Assembly (NCBI RefSeq): GCF_006345805.1
Contig: NC_042998.1
Span: 142,476,001-142,540,000, forward strand
From: Octopus sinensis
Lineage: Eukaryota
Length of the DNA: 64,000 bases
Direction: 5' to 3'
Shown: piece after piece, positions 1 through 11,358 of the stretch
Layout of the letters: each line of letters opens with the position of its first letter
How positions within the stretch are numbered: the stretch's first letter is position 1
Program-made: the position numbers and the translations under genes
Notes under the pieces: model-generated
Database searches by the model: none
Seen by the model: only the letters and a program-made list of their open reading frames with translations
What the model was told of the DNA's origin: nothing

Positions 1-99
1 AAACTGTTTGCCTTGGATAATGGTACAAAAAGCTAACCTTCTACTGACCATGTGTGTGTGTGTGTGTGTGTGTGCATGAACGTTCTTCATTACAAGTGA

Positions 100-1450
100 A
101 TAATACGTTCTAAACAAAGGCAGCGTGCAATCATTGAGTGTTTGAAGAGCGAGGTGTGTAGGGTGTCTTACATCCACAGATGTCTGCAGATTATTTAGAT
201 GACACCATTGACACTAGCAGTATGCACAGCTGGATTAGGAAGTTTAAAGAAGGGGAAACAGCATTGAAGAGAAACCATACAGTGGGAGACCATCAACTGT
301 GGCCGCTGAAACAAATCGCCAGGGTGTGGAGAGCTGAATCGCGCGGAGAGATGAGTCACAATCAGCGAGCTTGTTGCGCAATACTATGATAAGAATGCAT
401 AACAGGAGATGATGGAAGACTTTGGGTATCTGAAAGTCTGTGTAAATGGCTTTTTTCGGCAGCTGACACCCGATTTCAAGAAAAAAGGAATGAAAATCTA
501 CTCTGATCTGTTGGCAGCGTTTCAACAATCCAGTAGCAACACCTCTTCTCAAAGCCTTCTTAGTTTGGATAGTGACAGCTTTCTCATTAGCCGGCAGTTT
601 GAAATTCTTCAAGATGTATTTGACAATGGCCTGATGAGATGAGCCGCTCTTCTCGCTCAAGCTCGTGATACCTTGTTTAACCATTTGACTCTAACCTGGG
701 TGATTAAAGGCATTTCATCCGTGAATATGGGTGGGGTGAGATGCTTCGAATCAGGTTTTCACGTACGCAGAAATGAAAAAAGCAATGCGCATAAAGCCTT
801 GGGCAAGGGAAGAGAGCTTATCAAAAGAAATAGCGGGTTTTTAGAAACACAGCATATTAACTGGTGATATAGCTTAAACTAAAGACACTTTTCCCTGATC
901 TGGTGACAATGAATGAATCGTTGACGTATCTATATGATCCGTAAATGAACTTTCTGACCGTGGAATGCGTCACATCTTTTTCACCTTCTCAGGAGTTCTA
1001 GAGAAAGCGATTGGCAGTGAAAGTCATAATGACAGTTTCTTAAGAAAAAATTGGCGTCGTTCTCCTTTGTTTTCTGCAATATGGTTGCACTGTTAACTGC
1101 GAGCGGTACCTAAAAGTTTAGGGAAGCCATCAAGAGAATGAGACTAAACATGAGTCTGAAAACGAACTACATTCACCGTTGCAGCGTATATCTTTGGCAA
1201 CAAATCACGCAACCAGAAAATTGGGCAGTCTTCCATCCACCGAACAGCCCGGACCTGGCGCCCTCCAACTTCCACCTCTTCGACCCAACGACGGATAGTC
1301 TTCGGGGACAGCGAATTGATGACACAAACGAGATGGAAATCATTGTGAAGAAATAGGTACAACAGTACGCCCTTGAATTCTTTCAAAGAGTATTCAGGAG
1401 CTTGGGTGCAATGATGACGCAAGAGCAACGCTTGTGATGTAGACTACGTT
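100..1450 (+). mobile_element. Degenerate mariner transposase relic, interrupted by an insert of about 350 bp
   Basis: Frameshifted motifs in the expected order: QRAIIECL, WIRKFKEGET, GYLKVC..FRQLTPD, LVTMNES.TYLYDP, KVIMTV, NCERY, HPPNSPDLAPSNFHLF. Many stops; TIRs not identified. Confidence 0.85.
520..702 (-). pseudogene. Histone H1 (H15) globular-domain fragment embedded in the mariner relic
   Basis: Reads HPG*SQMVKQGITSLSEKSGSSHQAIVKYILKNFKLPANEKAVTIQTKKALRRGVATGLLK. It aligns without gaps to the H1 globular domain at 10563..11138 (23/61 identical), with TAG at the conserved Tyr of HPxY. Confidence 0.85.
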
Positions 1451-3589
1451 AAGTAGTATCTTTATATAGACGAAGAATTATTCTGCAACATGTCCAATTT
1501 GAAAAACCTATGCCAGTTAATAAAAACATTTTGCCTATATGTGCAATAGTTTCAGCACAACCTTCGTATGCATACGTCAGTGTGTGTGTGTGTATGAATG
1601 GATGGATGGATGGGTGGGTGGTTGCTTGGGGCAGTTGGAGAGATTAGCCTGTTTTTATATACATATTCGTGCGAATTTTTTCTTATTGCATGACCTGTGT
1701 AACAATGTAAGAAAGATAACTCTTATAGGTCTCGTGTAAAAATCAAATGTATTGTAAAGAGTTGTCTAACATTAGCGATTAGACAAGATTGTTTACTTTT
1801 TTTTTTTACTTTCATTAATTTTTTTAAATCAGTAAATTTATTATTTTTCATTCACTTATTCATTAATAGGCGTCCAAAAAGATATAGAAAGTAAATGAAT
1901 ACATCTATTTATATTTAATTTCATCATTGTTTTTTATGCATCAAATCAGCGGAATTTGAACTCAAAACAAAAAAAAGATGGACGAAATGCCACTAAGCAT
2001 TTTACCCGGCGTGCTAACAATTCTGCCACTGGTATGAAATTAAGAACCCACGGGTCGATAAAAGAGAGAGGTGGGGAGTAAATTTGAATATGATAGAATT
2101 CAGACGAAAACAGCAAAATATCAGAAGCTAAATACTGTAAAATTTACGGTTTACTGGAGGTGGCGGATCGGTTAAATTTTTATGATAGAGCAGAAATTTC
2201 AAAACGAAAATATATGCTTGTCCTTTCGCATTCGATAAAATAAGTCCTAGTACAACGGACTAGAAATATTCCCGCCAGTAAGCGGTGTTATAACTAATCA
2301 CAAAGAAAACAAAAATTATTGTCTGCGTCATACATATTGAACTTGGTTAAAAACCAAACTGAGTGGTGTTTATGTATGTTATTGTTCAGTTTTATTTCAA
2401 GATTTCTGTATGTATGTATGTATGTATGTATGTGTATAAATATGTGTGTCAGACAGACAGACAGATGGATACCAACTTGTAGCGTTCGCATGTATGACCA
2501 TTATGTTTATTGTCATATTACGTCCAGTTTGATCGTCGACCCACTTAGGAGCCATTCGATGTTGAGCATCATGCAAGATCATTAGTAAAAATACAGCAAT
2601 GTCATGACATTTAACTAGCTGCTGGGGCATTGAATCTAATTTTGTATTCATCAGGTATTCTGCCCACTGTAGACGTTGCAAATTTCAATGTTTTTACAAA
2701 AAGGCTGATTTTTTTGCTCCTGCAACAAACCTTTGTAAAGTTTAACGCCCAGTGTGATTCTTTTACGATTCCTTTTCGCTCTAACCTCTTCGCTTCCAGT
2801 TGCTGGTTTCTTATGAGTCATGAAGAACATGGGCAATGCATTATACTTTATGCGTTTGGAGTTAAATTCAACAGAATCGAAGATAAACATGAAATAGCTG
2901 AATCTGATAGAAGTTGTGATGTCCTACCACCGCAAAATTGCCGTATTACTTGTTCAGGTGCAAGGATGGAAATGAGAAAATGAAACAGGAATAGTATGAA
3001 AAGATTTAAGTTGTACGATATAGGAGCAAGTACCGGGTAATTAAAAGCAGTTACAAGATCCACAACACGCAAGAATGTTGAAAACCATAATAAACAAGGT
3101 AAGTTAAATTGTTTGCACGCTCAAATTGATTAAAAGACAGGACAGATGTTCTTAGCAAAAAAAAAAATAGGTAGGGGAAGAAGAGGGCGCGAAAAAGAGT
3201 TGGCAAGAATATCGAGAACAATGAAAAATAAAAAGGTTGTATCAAACAGTTGCGATGAGGTTATCCAGTTCCAGAAAGAGTAATGTATCCATGCCCGTCG
3301 CTAAGGGGATACACTAGAAGGTACTGCCCTTCACTATTCAATGGTGCACCTTCGGATTTATTCCACATTAGTGACCCCACTTTAGCGTTATTACAAATTA
3401 GTATCTATCCAGAATATTCCGAAGCGTCTAAGTCTGGCAACGGGCCTGGATGTACCAACAACAATGAGTCTTTCTGGCACTTACTTTTTCTTTCCCTTTC
3501 ATGGAGGTAGCAAAGCATTCAGCGATTTATTGCCTACTTGTAAAATAGCCAACAGGTTTACTTCGATCAAGCAACTGCCCTACAGCAAG

Positions 3590-3871
3590 AACAAAGTACA
3601 AAGGACACAATGCCAAACCGCTAAGTGACGGGGACATAAACACACCAGCATCGGTTGTCAAGCAATGCTAGGGGGATAAGCACAGACACACAAACACATA
3701 CATATATACGACAGGCTACTTTCAGTTTCCGTTTACCAAATCCATTCTCAAGGCATTGGTCGGCCCGGGGCTATAGCAGAAGACACTTGCCCAAGATGCC
3801 ACACAGTGGGACTGAACCCGGAACCATGTGTTTGGTTAGCAAGCTACTTACCACACAGCCACTCCTGCACC
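3590..3871 (-). mobile_element. tRNA-derived SINE
   Basis: Reverse complement has a tRNA-like head (GGAGTGGCTGTGTGGTAAG...GGTTCAGTCCC) and TTGGGCAAGTGTCTT. Related copies at about 7348..7493(-), 13464..13620(+), 42735..42900(+), 44845..45010(+) and 45590..45665(+). Confidence 0.8.
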
Positions 3872-3873
3872 TA

Positions 3874-3909
<36 letters not shown>

Positions 3910-3946
3910 TGTATGTATGTATGTATGTATGTATGATGTATGTATA

Positions 3947-4297
3947 CAAACCTGGGCACCAAACCGTTACTCGTTAATTAACGAATGTAGCATTTTCGTT
4001 AACGATTTAACTTTTAAGTTAACTCTGGAAATTATTATCGGACATTAGTTACATTAGTAACTTCCGTTAACTCAAGTCACCTTGAGTCAACTGCCGTTAA
4101 CTTCAATTGAACTGAAGTTAACGGATTTTATAGTTTTAGCACTTTTAAAGGTGTTTTTAGGTGGTTAGAGCAAAAACTGATTTTTTTTTCTAAAATAAAA
4201 ATTAATGTTAGCAGTTTATCGATAACTTCCATTACATTAGGAAATAACACATTAACGGTTAACGAAGTTAACTTTTCGATTAACGGTGCTCATCTTT
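3947..4297. mobile_element. Non-autonomous TIR element (hAT-like MITE)
   Basis: Ends CAAACCTGGGCAC / GTGCTCATCTTTG. GTTAAC-rich interior is shared with about 62330..62450. Confidence 0.55.
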
Positions 4298-4301
4298 GTG
4301 C

Positions 4302-4339
<38 letters not shown>

Positions 4340-4924
4340 CCCCTCCGCAAAAAATCCCAAATTTTATTTAATCTGCTTTGCAGGAAGGACTGTTTCAACG
4401 AAGTCGCGTCTTACCCTTACCTTGAAACGCGGAGTAACCGAAACAGGGGTAACTGAAAAGGGGGAATATTCCTTGTGCTGTATGTCTTATACTGTTTTTT
4501 CGTTGTTTGGAAAAAGTCCGTTTCCATGTTTTTGTTTTTAAGTTATCGTTTCTCATTGTGTTCAACGTTTTTTTTTTGGGGGGGGGGGTCTGTACCCATA
4601 TATGCATGTATATATATACATATATAGATGTAGGTATGTACATATATGTATGTATATATGCATATGTTTTATATATTATTTTGTTATTATATATATATAT
4701 ATATATATAGGGAAAATTGAAAAAGGAGACAAACACTCAGGATATTAAAACATTTATATCTTCATATCCCTTACATATGTTTCGATAGATGCAATCAAAA
4801 TACGTCCGACAGGAAGAATTATGGTCAGCTATGTATCAATCTTATCATGAAGGATATAAACAACACTCATCAAATAGACATTTTTACAGATATAGGAAGC
4901 CCTAGAAAATGTGATGTATTTATA

Positions 4925-5182
4925 TGCATCCTTGCTTGGTTTTGTACTAGCCCCTCAGCACGATGTTCTGAGGATTCCATTTGCCGAGCAGTTGCATTCC
5001 TTGCTTGGTTTTGTGCTAGCCTCTCAGCACGATACTCTGAGGATTCCATTTGCTGAGCAGTTGCCATCCTTACTTGGTTTTGTGTCACCCTCTGATTTTG
5101 TTTTCCTCAGACTCACTAAGGCAACCTTGCGCTTTGCACCAGAGGTCTTCCGTGACAGCCCAGCAGCTTTCTTGGGTGGCAT
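4925..5182 (-). mobile_element. Frameshifted coding relic with 69-bp (23-aa) tandem repeats, resembling a Helitron RepHel N-terminus
   Basis: ATG at 5182 gives MPPKKAAGLSRKTSGAKRK. The repeats (anchors at 4931, 5000, 5069) encode AERLAQNQARNATARQMESSEHR. Confidence 0.45.
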
Positions 5183-7787
5183 TCTGTAATGAATGCACCG
5201 ACCTTACTAAACTTTAATTGTGCTATAGGTCTTCTCGCTTACATGAGTCGAGTTGTGCCACGAATATCTAAAATCTATACTAATATTCTCGGCCCTATGT
5301 ATGTTTGTGTGTGTGTGTGTGTGTCCCTCTTCTGACCAAACCAATAGACCAAATTGAACCAATATAGACCATAGGCAAGGTAATGTACTGAGGAGTGTTC
5401 TTAGCATAGTCCGGTTACTATCGGACTTCCGACTGCTGAGATATCATTTGTTGATTAATAAACTATCAAGAATATTTTCATGAATATTTCTCAACCAGTA
5501 ACAGGCGAGTCAAATGTGGATCAAAATGTGTAGATTTCGATGGAAAGATGGAGTGCTGATTCAGCCTGGTGTGTGCAATGTTAGCTCGGCTCTTTTAGGT
5601 TGCATGACATCGCCTCTACCCCTTTCTAGTGTGTAATATGTACATTACGACCTTTAGCCCTTTTATGAGGGTTGAGTAATAGGAGAGTTAAGGAGGATGC
5701 TCGGGAGAAGGGGAGCGGAGATTGGAAAGATAGGAAAGCTTTCTCAAACCCCTTCCCCTTTACCTAGTGATATAATTGAGAAGGGTATAGGGAAAAGTAT
5801 AGAAGGGAACCGCAACCACCACCACCACCCTCTGGGAGGAGAGGCGTCGCCTCCCGCCTTTACCGGCTAGCATGTAACTTTGGTTATCAGCATACAATAT
5901 TTTAACTCGATCCAAGTATAATTATTCACATCTGATTTGAAATAGAAATATCCAGTGTTAATAAGTCGAGTTGCTCCAAGAATATTAAAAATAGGTAACG
6001 TAAGTTATCAGCGTATATTTTTCAATCCATGTCCAAAAATAAATACATCGGATTTAAATGTAATATATCAAGTGTTAATAAGGCGAGTTGTTCCCAAAAT
6101 ATCCAAAATATGTGTTGGAAGTTTAAAGATATATTTTCTAATCCCTATCCAAGTAGAAATAGTCATATCGGATTTGAATATGAAATTTCAAGTGTACTCT
6201 AGCTAATTTTATTAGGTCCATTCCACGAACATTAGAATAACTTATGTCGATATCTCTAATTTAAGTCACAAGAATATTGAACTTTAAAATTAATAAATTA
6301 AAAGATCTCCTACAGTGTATATTGCTTAAAGGACCGATTGAACGAATGACTTATATCAATGTAATAAGAGTTTTCACCGGGCGTGTGTCCATATGAAGAC
6401 CTTTCGTAATTCAGAAACCTTACTGTTTCTTTTTCTTCAGAAAATTGCATAAGTTGTGTGTAACATCGAATTTTAAGTTTTACATTGTAGCAATTCCAGT
6501 TCTTCACGGAGAACCCCTGCGACTGTAGGATCATAGCGCCGGCCCTGCTGTAAACAAATTTATAGTTTAGGGTTACAGTTAGGGTTAGTATTTAGCAAGT
6601 ATGATGTTATTGTAAATATTTACCAAATTCTTATCCAGTCATAATTGTGTTTATCAGCAACCAGCCTTTGCGTGAAAGTGTTGGGTGAGTGCGTGTGCGA
6701 TAGGACTGTACACAGAAATTTTGTTTCAGAAAAGTACTTTTAACATGCCTTACAGTCAATTCATTGGATTAACCCCAACAAAATACTACAAGCTTAGTCA
6801 CTGGCTCAGCACCTATGTTTGTGTGCTTCATTCCAAAATAATAAAAACTTTAACATGCTTCCAAAGTGGGACTTCGTCCATGTGTATCCGCGTGCTTATG
6901 TGCAGATGTCTGTGTTGTGGTGGGCACAAGAAAAACATTTACGGAAATAAATTCTATTAAAATAAGTTATCTTTATATGCCATGTTTGCAATTCTCCAAA
7001 TAAATGATAGCAAAGTGTGTATCAAGAGAAATTAAAATCCTGGTTCAGTGATATATCGATCAAGTTGGTAAAGTTTTAAAGTTTTTAGGTAACATATTCT
7101 CTTCTAATTAAATATTGGAAGAGAGAAAATGCCACCCTCTTTTGCAAGAGAAATTAATTTTGGCGGTAAGAACTAAACCTCGTTTCATTATCACAATTTA
7201 AAAGCGTTTATCTTTAAAAAAAAAAAAAAGGGGTGGAGCCGTAGACGTATGATGGAGAATTATCCAATATCGTGTTCGCATCTATCAGAACCGTTTACCA
7301 TTAAAGCGAAAAAACAAAACCGACGTATACGACAGGTATGTAAAACATATTTCAGTTTCCGTCTACCAAATCCACTCACGAGGCTTTGGTCGGCCCGAGG
7401 CTATAGAAGACACTTGCCCAAGGTGCCACGCAGTGGGACTGAACCCAGAACCATGTGTTGATAAACTACTTGCCACACAGCCACTCCCACGCCTATAATT
7501 TCTTTTTCAAAGTACAAGTGTTTCGTCTTTTGCTCTTATTACTGATATCTAACGAAAATTTTATGAACGGAAATTTAGGAATTTCATATTTCGCGAGTAA
7601 ATGCTTTCATGGTTTCCTTAATTTTTACCTTTATAAATGGTCCTTCTGTGCACGTCGCATGGGACTTCGAAGGCCAGCTATTCCAAAACTACGCTACTTA
7701 ATGACAAAAACCGTATTTTATGGCAAAAAAGATGCAATTTTTAAATATTCAGGAATAAATTTGTAGTGTATTAAAGCATGCAAAATT

Positions 7788-8021
7788 GGTACTATTTAAG
7801 AGTGGTTCCGGTGCGCGCACTCGCGGTAGCTAGTCGTGACTAGTCGATCCTACGACTACCTAGCAAAGTAAAAACACAAAATAAATATTTTTACAAAGTA
7901 AATAATTCTTTTCAACATAGTAAAAGCACAAAAACAAAGTAAAAACAAAAACAAAGGATCGACAAGTTACGACTAGCTAGCGCGGATGCGCGCACCGGAC
8001 CACTCTTCTTAAAATAGTACC
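7788..8021. mobile_element. MITE with TIRs of about 65 bp (GGTACTATTT...AAAATAGTACC)
   Basis: Inverted arms visible directly. Flanked by a 38/39-bp direct duplication (7750..7787, 8022..8060). Confidence 0.8.
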
Positions 8022-8516
8022 CAGGAATAAATTTGTAGTGTATTAAAGCATGCAAAAATTTTGCATATTAGCACTAGGGGTAACTTCTTAATGCCATTAA
8101 ATCCGGTGTTATTGGAGTCCCATGCATGCTGCGGGACGTACGAGACTCCTTGCGAGTATATAACCTCTTAATTTCATGCAGCACGAACACGCCATTTTCG
8201 TATAAATCTAGAAAAACAAACTGAATACCAACAATTGTCGGGCCTCCAACACAAACCCTGGACCCCTTCCAGAACCAACAACCGCCCCATAACTGCCCCG
8301 CAACGAAACCTAAAGCTCATTAAAGCATCAGGAATATTCATTTGTACTTTTAATACTTTTCGATTTCTCGTTCGATTCACGTTCGCCGCCGCCAAAATAA
8401 AGATTAGAGTTGAAACTTACTGATGTAAGGGAGACAACCTCTACAGAACCGTGTGCTTAGCCATTGGATAGCTGGAGGCTGTTTATCACTCGGGTGGTTA
8501 TTACTATTAAACTATC

Positions 8517-8712
8517 AAGGCGGCGAGCTGGCAGAATCGTTAGCGCGCTGGCCCGTTGCTGCCTTCCGAGTTCAAATTCCGCAGAGGTCGACTTTAACTT
8601 TCATCCTTTCTGGGTCGATAAATCAAGTAGTGTAACACTAGTGTCGATATAATCGACTAGTCCTTTCTCAAAATTTGAGGTCTTGTGCCTCGAGCAGAAA
8701 AGATTACTATTA
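8517..8712 (+). mobile_element. tRNA-derived SINE (GGCGGCGAGCTGGCAGAA family)
   Basis: Head GGCGGCGAGCTGGCAGAATCGTTAG, box-B-like GAGTTCAAATTCC, core GGTCGACTTT..CTTTCATCCTTTC.GGGTCGATAAA. Relatives at about 1945..2030(-), 18460..18630(+), 22603..22840(+), 37074..37299(+) and 39590..39800(-). Confidence 0.85.
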
Positions 8713-8952
8713 ACCTAGAGGTTGAGTTCTAGGTCGAAAGGCAATAGTCAGTCAACACGGCTGTTGTTTCTAGCAAGCACGCTCCCCTCGTTTGTGGGCG
8801 TACAAATTTGCAGCAGCCCGACTATTAAGCGTAGCACCCGGTGTGCCGTCCCAACTTCCTCCGGGCAAAGCGCCAAGTCCATTCAAGCGTCGCTTGAGGT
8901 TGGTATTCCAGCTAAATCTCTGGACGAGATGTTAACAGTAACCGCTCGACAA

Positions 8953-9161
8953 TGTAAAAAGTATAATAGCCATCTCAATATGGCTAACCACAAAGGGTGG
9001 GTGTTACTGTAGCTTTTAGCCCTAGGAGATCGTCTCCAGCTGGCTTTAAGGGCATATATGTGCCTAAAGCCAGCTGGAGACTATGATCTCTTGGGGCTAA
9101 AAGCTACAGTAACACCCACCCTTTGAGGTTAGCCATATTGAGATGGCTATTATACTTTACA
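8953..9161. repeat. Near-perfect palindromic MITE of about 209 bp
   Basis: Arms of about 100 bp (TGTAAA..GTATAATAGCCATCTCAATATGGCTAACC... / ...GGTTAGCCATATTGAGATGGCTATTATACTTTACA) centred on GGCATATATGTGCC. Partial copies at about 25915..26087 and 31325..31393. Confidence 0.9.
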
Positions 9162-10123
9162 AATCTGAAATTAGTAGTTACGAAATTGAGGTCGTGGCTA
9201 CAATACTTTTTCATGAGAAGCTTTAATTCAGAAACTAGTATGTTTGTGAGCTTTTCTTTCTAAAACTAGTAAACCGCCTTTTTTTTAAATGCCATTGTTC
9301 TCCACGTTCAATTGTGAAGGAAATGCTGGAACGTAAAAAATCCAGCTTCCCGTGTTGGCTAGTCGTGGTCCAAATTTCACCGTTCGCAAATTAACATCTT
9401 AGTCGAAAAATATGGGGAATGTTCATATGATCATGCAGTCTTTTTCATTCAAGTCCTTATCTAATGCCCTACTTTTTCTCCAGCTTTGGGTTGTTCATGC
9501 CAAAGAACATCGGTTTTTTTGGTGAGCGTGGTTGTATGTTTGCTTTTCTAAAGTACTGGTTTGCCTTTTTCTAGTAAGGTCGAACGTATAAAATGAATAT
9601 CAATTGGTGTAAATGCGACTTGGATTTAAAAGCCTCGATTTGTGAATTCAGAGCCCTTGGTACGAACTACCTAAGATTTGGTTATTACGATCAAGTATTG
9701 AGTAAACTGACCAGCCAAATCGACCCGCACCCGAGCATTTAAGAGATGATCAGCATATGAGCGAGACAAAACTTTTAAAAAATGCAATTGCGGTTACCTT
9801 TTCTATTGTACGAGATCTGTCCATAGAACGAGTTATACGCTGAACATACCCTTCAAAGGCATTACAGCTGCGACTATCTCACTCTTGTCCCAGAAAACCT
9901 AACATGCAGAACCAAACAGCCAAAGGTTGAACGCAGAAGTGGAAGGTTAACACCAATACATCAAGGTTAAACACTTCTACATTCAGTAAAATTACAAGTA
10001 ACTGCTCCATTTCTGAATAGACGGTTAGTTCTAGCGAGGTTTCAAAGGACAATATATAAATAGCGTAAATGTCACTGCAACAAAAATTCTGAAAAAAAAA
10101 AGGCTGCAGGATTCTGGAAAGTA

Positions 10124-10265
10124 CAGTAATCCCTCGCCAGATCGCGGTTCATCTAAACTTGCGTCGATTCCTCTGGTGTTTTGCATTTATAAAATATATA
10201 TACAAATTTTTAAAATATAGAAAAAGTTTTGGAACGTTACACCCACGATAGTCGAGGGATTACTG
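10124..10265. mobile_element. Tc1/pogo-type MITE
   Basis: TA|CAGTAATCCCTCG ... CGAGGGATTACTG|TA. Related end at about 31630..31651. Confidence 0.8.
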
Positions 10266-10562
10266 TATCAATAAATAGCATGCGAAAAACGACAAAAACG
10301 AATTTAGCTTAAATGAAGTTTTATATATATATTTTTGAAGAGCGATTGTAAAAGTTCACAAGCCAAACCAAAACACCCTCGATTAATGAAAAATGAATAT
10401 ATACAGATGAAAAATGTATGTGGATGTTAAAAAGTTCATGATGGGGCAAATGAGGCGATTGTGGAAATGGGTGTTCGATGAATGATGAATGATGCATTAA
10501 TATATACAATTGGATATTTACAAGTCTGTAATAAAGTCTTTTTTTGTTGTTGTAAAGTTCGT

Positions 10563-11138
10563 TTACTTTTTCTTGGCTGCACCCTTCTTGGCAGGCTTCT
10601 TCTTGGCGGCAGTTTTCTTAACGGCGGGTTTCTTAGCGGGTTTCTTAACGGGTTTCTTAGCAGCTTTCTTAGCCGGTTTCTTAGCGGCTGATTTCTTAGC
10701 TGCCTTCTTTGCTGGGCTTTTCTTGGCTTTCTTAGCGCCACTTTTCTTAGCGGCTGTCTTAGGTTTCTTCACTTTTGGTTTAGCTGATGCCGGTTTCTTC
10801 TTCTTCTTGGCCTCTTCTTTTTTACCAGGGGCAAGTTTAAAAGAACCAGAAGCTCCAACTCCTTTCAGCTGTTTCAGAACATTGTTGATGACACCTCTCC
10901 TAAGCGCCAAATTAATTTGTTTCAGGAGGACATTATCTTGGGTATTTACACTGTGGTTGGCTCCAATGTGTTTAACGATCCCTTGACGAGAGAGACCCTT
11001 TCTTTCTCCGCTCTTCACAATGGCTTCCTTAATCATATCAATGTAGGGAGGATGGCTCGAAGCTTTCTTCACCTTTTTTACTTTCTTAGCTTTGGGAGCA
11101 GCGGGAGCGGGTGCGGCGGGTGCAGCGGCGTCAGACAT
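10563..11138 (-). CDS. H1: Linker histone H1, single exon, 191 aa
   Basis: Ala/Pro/Lys-rich N-terminus, globular domain HPPYIDMIKEAI...SRQGIVKHI...ALRRGV...KGVGASGSFKL, and a long Lys/Ala/Pro C-terminal tail. Intact ORF with upstream TATA and H1 box. Confidence 0.97.
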   Translation of the reverse strand: MSDAAAPAAPAPAAPKAKKVKKVKKASSHPPYIDMIKEAIVKSGERKGLSRQGIVKHIGANHSVNTQDNVLLKQINLALRRGVINNVLKQLKGVGASGSFKLAPGKKEEAKKKKKPASAKPKVKKPKTAAKKSGAKKAKKSPAKKAAKKSAAKKPAKKAAKKPVKKPAKKPAVKKTAAKKKPAKKGAAKKK

Positions 11139-11265
11139 GATTGATCAGTTAATTGATGTAAAGAAAAGAAAATACTTCGTTGAGGACCAAAATTCGGGCT
11201 ACGAAGTTAGTTGGTAAGTTCACAAGAACAAACGTCAAATTCATCCCTTCGTAAAGTTAAACGCT

Positions 11266-11358
11266 TATTTATACATTACGCACGGACGTAGTAGTAATCA
11301 CATCAACAGTGCGACCACCAACTACAAATATGGCAGCCGAAATATCACAACTGTGTTT
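11266..11358 (-). promoter_or_regulatory. H1 core promoter: TATAAATA (11266..11273) and H1/AC box AAACACA (11352..11358)
   Basis: Both motifs are on the gene strand in the order expected for H1 genes. The intervening block 11275..11345 matches the paralog at 38731..38801 at 67/71 positions. Confidence 0.8.

Noticed and set aside
244-519. C-terminal part of the 146-aa ORF 244..684(-)
   Set aside because: Only the first 55 residues are H1-like. The rest is antisense mariner sequence, so the ORF is not a real gene.
2630-2983. Moderate-length ORFs at 2.6-3.5 kb
   Set aside because: No recognisable homology, splice structure or compositional signal.
8517-8600. tRNA-like A/B boxes here and in other SINE heads
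   Set aside because: They belong to SINEs with core and tail sequences and do not form full cloverleaf tRNA genes.
10436-11144. Overlapping ORFs 10436..10741(-), 10482..10691(+), 10510..10986(+) and 10917..11144(+)
   Set aside because: Alternative-frame or antisense shadows of the repetitive H1 coding sequence.
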